This document shows positions 1 to 7,667 of a DNA stretch of 19,654 nucleotides, one piece after another. The translations under genes and the position numbers were made by a program. The first letter of the stretch is position 1, and each line of letters begins with the position of its first letter. This DNA is from an uncultured Verrucomicrobiales bacterium (lineage in GTDB: Bacteria > Verrucomicrobiota > Verrucomicrobiia > Verrucomicrobiales > DEV007), in assembly GCA_937922595.1 (NCBI GenBank), contig CALAIY010000139.1, forward strand, positions 1 through 19,654, given 5' to 3'. The notes under the pieces are model-generated. The model worked only from the letters and a program-made list of their open reading frames with translations, ran no database searches and was not told the origin of the DNA.

Positions 1-1
1 T

Positions 2-1279
2 GATGCGAAAACGCCGGTGGTGACGATTTTTGGTAAAAGCTGGAAGTTACATGTGACCGAGGTGCTAGGCACGACAGTGGAGGAAAATTGTGCGATGATC
101 CGAGATACATGCCGGTATCTCAAGGAGAATGGGAAAGAGGTCGTTTACGATGCTGAGCATTTTTTTGATGGCTATAAAGACGATCAAGAGCATGCGCTTA
201 CTACGCTAGCGGCGGCAAAAGAGGGGGGAGCGGATATCCTTGTGCTCTGTGATACCAATGGAGGGACGCTTCCGAGTGAGGTGAAGGAGGTTACTAAAGT
301 GGTAAAAGAACGTCTGAATATGGCGGTCGGGATTCACACTCACGATGATTCAGGCTTAGGTGTGGCCAATGCTTTAGCGGCTGTGGAAGAGGGGGCTGAG
401 CAGATTCAAGCGACGATCAATGGCTACGGAGAGCGAACAGGGAATTGTAACATGACGAGCGTGCTTCCCAATTTACAGCTGAAAATGGGAATTAAGGTGG
501 TTGAGAATCTTGATCAACTTACAACGATTTCACATTTCATCGATGACTTGGCGAATTGTTCTCATGACCCGCGGGCTCCTTTTGTTGGGACTACGGCGTT
601 CTCTCATAAAGGAGGAATGCATGTCAATGCGGTGCAGAAGCTTGCTCGGACCTATGAGCATATTCGTCCGGAGGAAGTGGGGAATAAGCAGCGAATTCTT
701 GTTTCTGAGCTTTCAGGGCAAAGCAATGTTTTGCTTAAGGCGAAAGAGATTGGGTTTGAAATGGGGAAGGGCGATCCTGTAGCGCTTTCGCTTCTGAGTG
801 AATTGAAGCAGCTGGAGAAGGAAGGCTATGAGTTTGAAGCTGCCGAGGCTTCATTTGAGCTTTTGCTTCGGGAGAAACTTGGGCGGAAGCAGGTCTTTTT
901 CGAACTGCTCGAATACACCTGTTCTTCACGGCATGATGGCGTGAGTGGCTACGAGCGGTGCTCGGCGACAGTGAAGCTTAAGGCTGCGGGAGAAGAGTGT
1001 TTTACTGTGGCTGAGGGGAATGGGCCGGTGAATGCACTGGATGCAGCACTGAGGAAAGCTCTTGAGCCGATCTATCCGCAGCTATCGAAGATGAATCTTG
1101 AGGATTATCGGGTGAGGATTATCGATTCTCGCCTGAAGACTGGAGCTAAGACGCGCGTACTGTTGGATTCGACTGATGGAGAAACGTCTTGGAGCACCGT
1201 CGGCGTTTCTAATGATATTATTGCCGCTAGTTGGGAAGCGCTGGTTGATGCGGTGGAGTATTTCTTGGTGACGCGGTAG
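2..1279 (+). CDS. cimA: Citramalate synthase / 2-isopropylmalate synthase family protein (LeuA/CimA family). C-terminal ~425 aa only; the gene starts upstream of the window.
   Basis: The frame is open from window position 2 with no in-frame stop upstream; the GTG at 17 is only where the ORF track begins. The translation shows the HMGL-like TIM-barrel C-terminal half ('GIHTHDDSGLGVANALAAVEEGAEQIQATINGYGERTGNCN') followed by the LeuA-type dimerisation/allosteric domain. 'VLCDTNGGTLP' is typical of the TIGR00977-like citramalate synthase clade. Assigning cimA rather than leuA is inference from family resemblance. Confidence 0.8.
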   Translation, partial: DAKTPVVTIFGKSWKLHVTEVLGTTVEENCAMIRDTCRYLKENGKEVVYDAEHFFDGYKDDQEHALTTLAAAKEGGADILVLCDTNGGTLPSEVKEVTKVVKERLNMAVGIHTHDDSGLGVANALAAVEEGAEQIQATINGYGERTGNCNMTSVLPNLQLKMGIKVVENLDQLTTISHFIDDLANCSHDPRAPFVGTTAFSHKGGMHVNAVQKLARTYEHIRPEEVGNKQRILVSELSGQSNVLLKAKEIGFEMGKGDPVALSLLSELKQLEKEGYEFEAAEASFELLLREKLGRKQVFFELLEYTCSSRHDGVSGYERCSATVKLKAAGEECFTVAEGNGPVNALDAALRKALEPIYPQLSKMNLEDYRVRIIDSRLKTGAKTRVLLDSTDGETSWSTVGVSNDIIAASWEALVDAVEYFLVTR

Positions 1280-1297
1280 CAATTGGTTGTGCGTTTT

Positions 1298-2422
1298 CTA
1301 GCGGAGAGGTGCACTGATCACGGCAAAGTCGCGGACATTGGGGCACCAGTGGCGTTTCGTTGCTAGGGTGAGGGAGCCGTTTGGTTGTATGGTGAAGATA
1401 GAGAGGGTGCTTTCGGTGATTTCGCTGACGAGGAGGTTGTGACCGTCCGGGGAAAGGGCGAGTTTCCATGGGATGTCTCCGACGGGGGTGCGGGCGGTTT
1501 GGCTTAGCCTGCCATCCGCTTCGATGCGAAAGGTAAAGATGCTGTCTTCGTCTGAGATGAAATCTCGGAGGGCGATGAAAAGCTGCTTTCCGTTGGGGGA
1601 GAGGAGGATGTCGGAGGCGTGAAGGCTGCGTTTGCCTTTTTCGAAGGGATGTCTGCGGGCGATGGTGGTGGCGTGCTGGATGTCGCTTAGTTGCCCGTCT
1701 TTTCCTATTTTATAGGCGCTTACGCCGAGCTGCTGCTCGTTGCTAAAGTAGGCGATGGGAAGCTTAGGGTGATAGGCGATGTGGCGTGGGCCGAACATCG
1801 CAGGGGGTTTGGCGTCGAAGGGCGTGAGTGGGGTGAGGTGCCCGGTTTCGGCGTTGAATGCGTATTGGAAGATGGCGTTGTTGTTTTTGACGCAGGGAAT
1901 GTAGGCGAAGCGATTGTCCGGAGTGGTGAGGATGCAATGGGCTTCCTTTAATGGTGTTTTGATCGTGAATGTGGCTTTTCCGATTTTCCCATTGTCTTCG
2001 ATTTTGTAGGTGGAAAGGCTGCCGCTGCGGTAGTGAGCGGTCATAAAAAAACGCCCGCTTCGGTCTATGCTGGTATAGCCAGATGGCTGATCGAGGGGCG
2101 AGGAATTGATAAGCTGAAGGTTGCCATTTTTCGTGATCTCGGCGGAAGCTGCGGTGGGAGTGTCTTTGCCGCTATTTGTGATGATGAGATGTTTCTTATT
2201 TGGATGAATGGTGGCAGTGGCCGGCTCAAATGAAAGGGGGAGCGAGGGGGCGTCTTCGATGGTGATGCGCTGACCTTGTTTGTGAACGATGAATTGGCTG
2301 ATTTCTTTGTCCCTCTTATTGGGGACAAAGATACGAAACGTGTTTTTTGCTGTTTCTGCGAAGGTAGTGTCGGTTTGCAGGAGGCCTAGAAAGATGATGG
2401 GGAGGAGTTTTTGGGTCATCAT
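1298..2422 (-). CDS. Secreted lactonase of the 7-bladed beta-propeller family (6-phosphogluconolactonase / cycloisomerase-like, PF10282-type)
   Basis: 374-aa ORF with an N-terminal signal peptide (MMTQKLLPIIFLGLLQTDTTFA). Propeller-lactonase signatures recur ('FAYIPCVKNNNAIFQY', 'HPKLPIAYFSNEQ', 'LLSPNGKQLFIA', 'LALSPDGHNLLVSE'). Its start codon lies 15 bp downstream of the stop of the upstream minus-strand gene, so the two are probably co-transcribed. Confidence 0.7.
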   Translation of the reverse strand: MMTQKLLPIIFLGLLQTDTTFAETAKNTFRIFVPNKRDKEISQFIVHKQGQRITIEDAPSLPLSFEPATATIHPNKKHLIITNSGKDTPTAASAEITKNGNLQLINSSPLDQPSGYTSIDRSGRFFMTAHYRSGSLSTYKIEDNGKIGKATFTIKTPLKEAHCILTTPDNRFAYIPCVKNNNAIFQYAFNAETGHLTPLTPFDAKPPAMFGPRHIAYHPKLPIAYFSNEQQLGVSAYKIGKDGQLSDIQHATTIARRHPFEKGKRSLHASDILLSPNGKQLFIALRDFISDEDSIFTFRIEADGRLSQTARTPVGDIPWKLALSPDGHNLLVSEITESTLSIFTIQPNGSLTLATKRHWCPNVRDFAVISAPLR

Positions 2423-2437
2423 TCGGGGCGGAGGGGG

Positions 2438-3673
2438 TCAATCGAAGCTTACGCGATAGAAGCGGCGGGGGATGTTACTAGCGGTGTCTGTCCATATTCC
2501 ATCGGTGGATGGCCAGGTTCCGCTGGGAGCGTCTTGCCAGTTGTTCATGGATGGTGCTGAGATTTGAACGGTGGCGGGGATTCCGGGCGCCCAGTTGAGG
2601 ACGGGTTGGCGATTGGAATTAAAGGAGATCGTTATATTTGTATCTAGGAGGAGTGCTACGGCTAGATCTTGGGATGCGTTGATTGCGGAGCCGGGGATGG
2701 GTGGTAGGCTGAGGAGATCGAGGGCTAGATTTGCGGTGTCTCCGTTGCGGATGGGTTGGTTGGTGAGGGCGAATGGGGGGCGACCGTTGTTTGGATCTAC
2801 TCTAGTGGTTGCGTTTAAGGAGTAGAGGTCGCCTTGGGCGGGGACGTCTGTGCCCCAGACATAGAATGGGATTTCGTAGTTATCGCGGTCATCGGGATCG
2901 GCATGGGAAATGTCGTCGCCGCCGTGGTCTGCGGTGAGGATGATCGTTGTGTTGCCGGTGTAGGGGGCGTTGTTTTCGATGGCCTGAAGAATTTGGCCGA
3001 GGTAGGTATCGACGCGCTCTACGGCGTCGTAGTAGCCGTCGGTTTCCCAGCGGTCACCGTGGCCGGCTTTGTCGGGATCGATGAGGTGAATGAAGGCTAG
3101 GTGGATGGGGGCATCGAGCAGGTCTTCGATGAATTTATTTACGAGATCAGCGGCTTGGGCGTTGCCTTCTTCGATGACCGTGACGTCGATTTTGCGCCGA
3201 CCATCATCACTCCCGGTCTGGTCGAAAGCTCCATCGGATGAATCGTAGCTTTCGTCGATGAGTTCGAGCTTTTCTTTTCCGACGTGGAAGGAGGTGCGAA
3301 GGCCGTGGTCGTGGGAGATGTCAAACATGCTGCTGACATAGCTTCCTTTATTATTGTGAAGGGTGTCGGATGGTGAGGGATCGCTGTTTTTGCTCCATCC
3401 ATGTCCTTCGATTTCACCGAGGAGAACTGGCCGCCCGGTGACGATTGATACGTTGTTTGGAATGGTGCGGGTGTAGTGGTAGTCAGTGCGGGCGTCGTGG
3501 GTCCAGACGCCTTCTTGCTGCAGTCGCTCGAAATTCGGCCCGTCGTCATCGTTGATGATGATGTCGATGGCTTCTGACCGGAGACCATCGACGGAAATGA
3601 CGATTACGTGGTCTGCGGCGTGGGCGGCGGATACGAGGAGAACTGTGGCGAGTGCGATAAATTGTGCGCTCAT
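2438..3673 (-). CDS. Secreted nucleotide pyrophosphatase/phosphodiesterase (NPP / type I phosphodiesterase, alkaline-phosphatase superfamily) with a ~110-aa C-terminal extension
   Basis: Signal peptide MSAQFIALATVLLVSAAHA. NPP hallmarks are 'VIVISVDGLR', the catalytic Thr context 'RTIPNNVSIVTG', and the metal site 'LTADHGGDD'. The C-terminal tail ('...SFNSNRQPVLNWAPGIPATVQISAPS...RFYRVSFD') lies outside the catalytic core. Confidence 0.8.
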   Translation of the reverse strand: MSAQFIALATVLLVSAAHAADHVIVISVDGLRSEAIDIIINDDDGPNFERLQQEGVWTHDARTDYHYTRTIPNNVSIVTGRPVLLGEIEGHGWSKNSDPSPSDTLHNNKGSYVSSMFDISHDHGLRTSFHVGKEKLELIDESYDSSDGAFDQTGSDDGRRKIDVTVIEEGNAQAADLVNKFIEDLLDAPIHLAFIHLIDPDKAGHGDRWETDGYYDAVERVDTYLGQILQAIENNAPYTGNTTIILTADHGGDDISHADPDDRDNYEIPFYVWGTDVPAQGDLYSLNATTRVDPNNGRPPFALTNQPIRNGDTANLALDLLSLPPIPGSAINASQDLAVALLLDTNITISFNSNRQPVLNWAPGIPATVQISAPSMNNWQDAPSGTWPSTDGIWTDTASNIPRRFYRVSFD

Positions 3674-3862
3674 ATAAATAAATAGTGAGCGAATATGGCT
3701 GGGGAGATCCCAATAGCCATCGAGAAAGAGGAAGTATGGTATCTACGTTTTGCGGCGTACTCTAAAATTTATAATTAAGTGGAATGATTTTAGTCAGAGT
3801 TTTCGCGGTGTCCTTATCGTTACGTGAAATTGATTTCTATTTTAAAGGTAGAAATGGGATGT
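3674..3862. promoter_or_regulatory. AT-rich intergenic spacer. It probably holds the promoter for the NPP-lactonase operon and a transcription end for the upstream NUDIX-exonuclease operon.
   Basis: This ~190-bp gap, clearly AT-richer than its neighbours, is the only sizeable non-coding stretch in the window. It lies immediately upstream of the 2438-3673 minus-strand gene and downstream of the 3863-4462 minus-strand gene. The reverse complement contains a TATAAT-like 'TTATAAA' about 100 nt upstream of the ATG, and there is a weak inverted repeat TTTCTA..TAGAAA near 3835-3860. No strong sigma70 -35/-10 pair is evident. Confidence 0.35.
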
Positions 3863-4462
3863 TCACTTAAGAGTGATTGTTTCTAATGGATGATCTTGAA
3901 GGGCAAATTGTGCGATGATTTCTCGGAGGATGAGAAGGCTTGCGACAGAATCGAAGAGGGCATCGTGCCACTGGCGTCCGGGGCAGAGGGAGGCGGTTTC
4001 GTCGGAGACGCGGAGGTGATCGGAGACGGTGCCGAGAGAGTGGGAGGGGAGGTCTGGGAAAGCTTTGCGGGCGAGGGTGAGGGTATCGACCCAGGGGGAG
4101 AAGCTGTGGAGGGGAAAGGTGCGGAGAAACCGCTTTTCGGTCCCGGCGCCGTGGGCGACGACGGCGGCACCACCGAGGTGGGTGCGAAATTCGCCCCAGA
4201 GGTCGTGCATTGTGGGGGCTTGATCGAGGTCGGCGGTGGTGATGCCGTGGACTTTTTGTGCGGCCCAGGTGACGGGGCGGTCGGCGGCGAGGTAGCTGAC
4301 GAAGAGTGAATCGGGAGAAATGGTGTTTCCTTTTAGGCTCGCCATGCCGACTTGAATGGGGACGTCGGTGGCTCCTGGCATTGATCCGGCAGATTCGAAA
4401 TCGATGGCGGTAAAGCGGATGCCGCTGATTGGGGTTGATAGGGAGAGGGGAGGAGTGGCCAC
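3863..4462 (-). CDS. DEDDh-family 3'-5' exonuclease (DnaQ/epsilon-like, RNase T/oligoribonuclease-sized)
   Basis: 199 aa. Exo I 'FTAIDFESAG'; Exo II 'VVAHGAGTEKRFL' (the usual FD position reads E); Exo III 'HDALFD'. It is the last gene of a three-gene minus-strand operon (gaps of 9 and 11 bp). Confidence 0.75.
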   Translation of the reverse strand: MATPPLSLSTPISGIRFTAIDFESAGSMPGATDVPIQVGMASLKGNTISPDSLFVSYLAADRPVTWAAQKVHGITTADLDQAPTMHDLWGEFRTHLGGAAVVAHGAGTEKRFLRTFPLHSFSPWVDTLTLARKAFPDLPSHSLGTVSDHLRVSDETASLCPGRQWHDALFDSVASLLILREIIAQFALQDHPLETITLK

Positions 4463-4473
4463 GAGAGAGCGTT

Positions 4474-4956
4474 CTATGGACGAGGATTGATTTCGGCGAC
4501 CATCATTGGGCTGCGGCGGATTTCGCCGGCTTCTCGTGTGAGGATAATTTCCCAGAGCTGGATGGAGCCAGGGGGCATTCGAGATGCGAGGGTATCGACA
4601 AGATGGTGAAGGGTGGCTTCTCCTGCTGGGCGTTTTTGCTCGGGGGTGAGTTTTTCTAGTGAGACGCCTGATGCTTTCTTGATGGCTTTGAGCTTTCCTT
4701 CGTAGACTTTTTTGAGGATGGACGTTCGCACTCCAAATTCGTGGTTTGCGGCGAGGGGGGTGCCTTCGGCATCTGCGACGTAGACGACGAATGGTCTTGG
4801 CGAGAACCCCGAATACATGGGGAATGACGAGAAGGGGAAGAATTCGGCTTGTTTGATTCTGTCGCGGCTGAAAGCGAGCCCGATGAAAAGTGGGTCGCGC
4901 TCTACGACTAGCAGTGAGAGCACGAGGGCGATCAGAAAGATCCAGAATCGTTTCAT
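4474..4956 (-). CDS. Hypothetical membrane-anchored protein with an N-terminal signal/anchor helix
   Basis: 160-aa ORF packed between the NUDIX gene (9 bp upstream) and the exonuclease gene (11 bp downstream) on the same strand. N-terminal hydrophobic segment MKRFWIFLIALVLSLLVV. I recognise no family motif. Confidence 0.55.
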   Translation of the reverse strand: MKRFWIFLIALVLSLLVVERDPLFIGLAFSRDRIKQAEFFPFSSFPMYSGFSPRPFVVYVADAEGTPLAANHEFGVRTSILKKVYEGKLKAIKKASGVSLEKLTPEQKRPAGEATLHHLVDTLASRMPPGSIQLWEIILTREAGEIRRSPMMVAEINPRP

Positions 4957-4965
4957 CTTTAGATC

Positions 4966-5493
4966 CTAGATTGCGGTGATGAATCGCTCAAGTCCACGGC
5001 GGATGGATGCGAACGCGATTTGTGAGAGGTCGATCTCGCGGGGGGGGAGTGTGAGGAGTTCGGTGATTTCATTAGCGTCTCCAATTTCGGGGATCTCGGG
5101 GATGCGGACGTGGAAGAAGATATCTACCGTATGGTAGAGTACGCCGGAGAAGAGGTATTGGTTTGGGAAGGTGAAAAGGGGTTTCAGCTCTGAGGGGGAG
5201 AGTTTTAGGCGTAGTTCTTCGTGGAGCTCGCGGCAGGTGGTCTCTTCTGCTGATTCACCAGGGTCGACGAATCCGCCCGGGAGGTCGAGGGCTCCGGCTC
5301 CGGGATCGAGACCTCTGCGGGTGAGGATGATGTGGTGATTGGGGAGTTCTAGAATTGCGACGGTCGCCGCTACGGGGCTTTTGTAGAAGAGCCATCCGCA
5401 CTCCGGGCAGGAGAATCGGTGGCCATTACGGCTTTCGGTTTTTTTACGACCGCAGCCGCCGCAAAAGCGGAATGGATTTTCCTGGCTAGACAC
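4966..5493 (-). CDS. NUDIX hydrolase with N-terminal zinc ribbon (NudC-like NADH pyrophosphatase / putative RNA deNADding enzyme)
   Basis: Zn ribbon 'CGGCG...CPEC' (C-x2-C...C-x2-C) sits immediately N-terminal to the Nudix fold. The Nudix box 'GFVDPGESAEETTCRELHEELRL' fits G-x5-E-x7-REUxEExGU with G->R at the penultimate position. 175 aa is shorter than E. coli NudC, so the NudC N-terminal domain is absent. Confidence 0.75.
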   Translation of the reverse strand: MSSQENPFRFCGGCGRKKTESRNGHRFSCPECGWLFYKSPVAATVAILELPNHHIILTRRGLDPGAGALDLPGGFVDPGESAEETTCRELHEELRLKLSPSELKPLFTFPNQYLFSGVLYHTVDIFFHVRIPEIPEIGDANEITELLTLPPREIDLSQIAFASIRRGLERFITAI

Positions 5494-5517
5494 GCCTTGT
5501 GATAGGCGACATTTGAG

Positions 5518-7662
5518 ATGAAGAAAACCGCAAAAACTCCTATGAAGATCCTTATCCTACCGCTCATGTCCCTTCTTCCGTTTACCGCATTTGCTCTTGA
5601 GTATCCTGAAGCCGTCCGTGGTGGTGTGGTGGAGACGCTGCATGGGAAAGAGGTCGCGGATCCATATCGCTGGATGGAGGATATCGATTCGGAGGAGGTC
5701 TCAGTATGGGTGAGGGAGCAGGCGCAGCTTGCTGATGATTTTATTAAAGAGGTCTCTGGGCGTGATGCTGTTCGGGATCGTTTGGAGAAGCTTCAGGATT
5801 ACGAGAAAGTGTCTCGCCCGACGAGGCGGGGCGGACGTGTATTCTTTTCGCGGAATTCAGGTCTGCAGAATCAGAGCGTGACTTATTGGCACGAAGAGGG
5901 GGGCGAGCCGAAGGTTCTCCTTGATCCTAATGCGATGTCCGAAGATGGCACGGCGGCGCTTGCAGGGGCGGCGTTGAGTGACGATGGAAAGTATTTTGCT
6001 TATGGGATTTCACAATCGGGTAGCGACTGGAAGGACTGGAGGGTGCGGGAAGTGGCGACGGGGAAGGATCTTCCTGAGACGGTAAAGTGGGTGAAGTTTT
6101 CGGGAGTCTCGTGGGTGCCTGATAATAGTGGTTTTTATTACAGCCGATATGATGCTCCGAAAGAGGGGGAGGAGCTTAGTAGTACGAATTACTTCCAGAA
6201 GGTCTATTTCCATAAACTGAATACTCCTCAATCGGAGGATAAGCTTATTTATGAGCGTAAAGATCAAAAAGAATGGGGTTTCAGAGCGAGCTTCAGTGAG
6301 GACGATCAATGGATGTTGCTTTCGATATGGAAAGGTGCCGGCGGAAATAATGGGCTCTTTTATCGTAAGCACGGCGATGAAAAACTTCCTTTCGTGGAGC
6401 TTTTTAAGGATTTTGATGCGCAATATAGCTTTGTCGGAAATGATGATTCGATATTCTATCTCTGGACGAATCGTGGTGCGCCGAAGGGGAAAGTGGTGGC
6501 AATAGATTTGGAGAAACCGGAGGAGGCGAATTGGCGCACGGTCATTGCTGAGGGAGACGATGTGTTGAAGGGGGCTTCACTCTTTGGTGATTTTGTTGCT
6601 GCTACGTATCTTTCTGATGCGAAATCGCGCGTCGCGATCTACGATCTTAAAGGGGATAGTAAGCTTGTGCGGGATGTGAAATTGCCTGGAGTGGGATCCG
6701 TTCGCGGATTTGGTGGTCGCCGTAGTGATACGGAAACTTATTATACGTTCACGGGGTTTACCGATCCGGGGACGATTTATGAGTATGAGATTGCCACTGG
6801 AGATACGGCTATCTACCGCAGACCGAAGACTGCGTTCGATCCGGAGGATTTCACTACTCGACAGGTGTTTGTGCGGAGTAAGGATGGCACTAAAGTTCCT
6901 GTGTTTCTCACGCACAAGAAGGGGCTGACGATGGATGGGGAGCGCCCGGTCTATCAGTATGGATATGGCGGGTTTGATGTTTCGCTTAGCCCAGGCTTTT
7001 CGGTGGCTAATCTTGGTTGGATGGAGCTAGGTGGCATTTATGCACAGGCTTCGCTTCGTGGGGGTGGTGAGTATGGTGAAGCGTGGCACAGTGCGGGGAA
7101 GCGTTTGAAGAAGCAGAACGTTTTTGATGATTTCATTGCCGTGTCCGAGTGGCTGATTTCCGAGGGGATTACGAATCCGAAGAAGCTTGCGATTGGTGGT
7201 GGGAGCAATGGTGGTTTGCTAGTGGGTGCTTGTCTTGTTCAGCGGCCGGATTTGTTTGGAGCGTGTGTTCCGGCGGTGGGGGTGCTTGATATGCTTCGAT
7301 TCCAGAAGTTTACTATTGGCTGGGCTTGGCAGGATGAGTATGGATTCCCAGAGAAGGACGCTTCTGAGTTTGAAGCTCTTTTAGCTTATTCGCCGTATCA
7401 TAATGTGAAGAAGGGGACGTGCTATCCCCCAACGATGGTTTTCACGGGCGATCATGATGATCGCGTCTTTCCGGCACATAGCTTTAAATTTGCGGCTGAG
7501 TTGCAGCAGGCACAGGGCTGTGAAAATCCGATTCTTCTCCGTGTAGATATCAAAGCGGGGCACGGCGCGGGCAAGCCTACTTCGATGGCGCTTGATGAGG
7601 CTGCTGATCGGTGGGCGTTTATTGCGAAGTCTCTTGGGATGGAGCTTCCTGGAAGTAAGTGA
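5518..7662 (+). CDS. Prolyl oligopeptidase (S9A family serine peptidase), secreted
   Basis: N-terminal propeller-start signature 'YPEAVRGGVVETLHGKEVADPYRWMEDIDSEEV'. Catalytic Ser in 'GGSNGGLLVGA', Asp in 'TGDHDDRV', His in 'KAGHGAG'. Signal peptide present. The start may instead be the second Met at 5542 (MKILILPLMSLLPFTAFA). The divergent gap to the NUDIX gene is only 24-48 bp. Confidence 0.9.
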   Translation: MKKTAKTPMKILILPLMSLLPFTAFALEYPEAVRGGVVETLHGKEVADPYRWMEDIDSEEVSVWVREQAQLADDFIKEVSGRDAVRDRLEKLQDYEKVSRPTRRGGRVFFSRNSGLQNQSVTYWHEEGGEPKVLLDPNAMSEDGTAALAGAALSDDGKYFAYGISQSGSDWKDWRVREVATGKDLPETVKWVKFSGVSWVPDNSGFYYSRYDAPKEGEELSSTNYFQKVYFHKLNTPQSEDKLIYERKDQKEWGFRASFSEDDQWMLLSIWKGAGGNNGLFYRKHGDEKLPFVELFKDFDAQYSFVGNDDSIFYLWTNRGAPKGKVVAIDLEKPEEANWRTVIAEGDDVLKGASLFGDFVAATYLSDAKSRVAIYDLKGDSKLVRDVKLPGVGSVRGFGGRRSDTETYYTFTGFTDPGTIYEYEIATGDTAIYRRPKTAFDPEDFTTRQVFVRSKDGTKVPVFLTHKKGLTMDGERPVYQYGYGGFDVSLSPGFSVANLGWMELGGIYAQASLRGGGEYGEAWHSAGKRLKKQNVFDDFIAVSEWLISEGITNPKKLAIGGGSNGGLLVGACLVQRPDLFGACVPAVGVLDMLRFQKFTIGWAWQDEYGFPEKDASEFEALLAYSPYHNVKKGTCYPPTMVFTGDHDDRVFPAHSFKFAAELQQAQGCENPILLRVDIKAGHGAGKPTSMALDEAADRWAFIAKSLGMELPGSK

Positions 7663-7667
7663 GAGCG

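Noticed and set aside
501-929. Small ORFs 501-782 (+) and 735-929 (-)
   Set aside because: Both are embedded in, or antisense to, the citramalate-synthase-family gene, whose frame is supported by strong family motifs.
3139-3588. 149-aa Ser/Thr-rich minus-strand ORF
   Set aside because: It lies in an alternative frame entirely within the NPP phosphodiesterase gene on the same strand. It has no start context and no recognisable domain, so it is spurious.
6010-6915. Minus-strand ORFs 6010-6423 and 6577-6915 and plus-strand ORFs 6251-6505 and 6710-6928
   Set aside because: They are inside the prolyl oligopeptidase gene in the wrong frame or strand. The peptidase frame carries the catalytic triad motifs.
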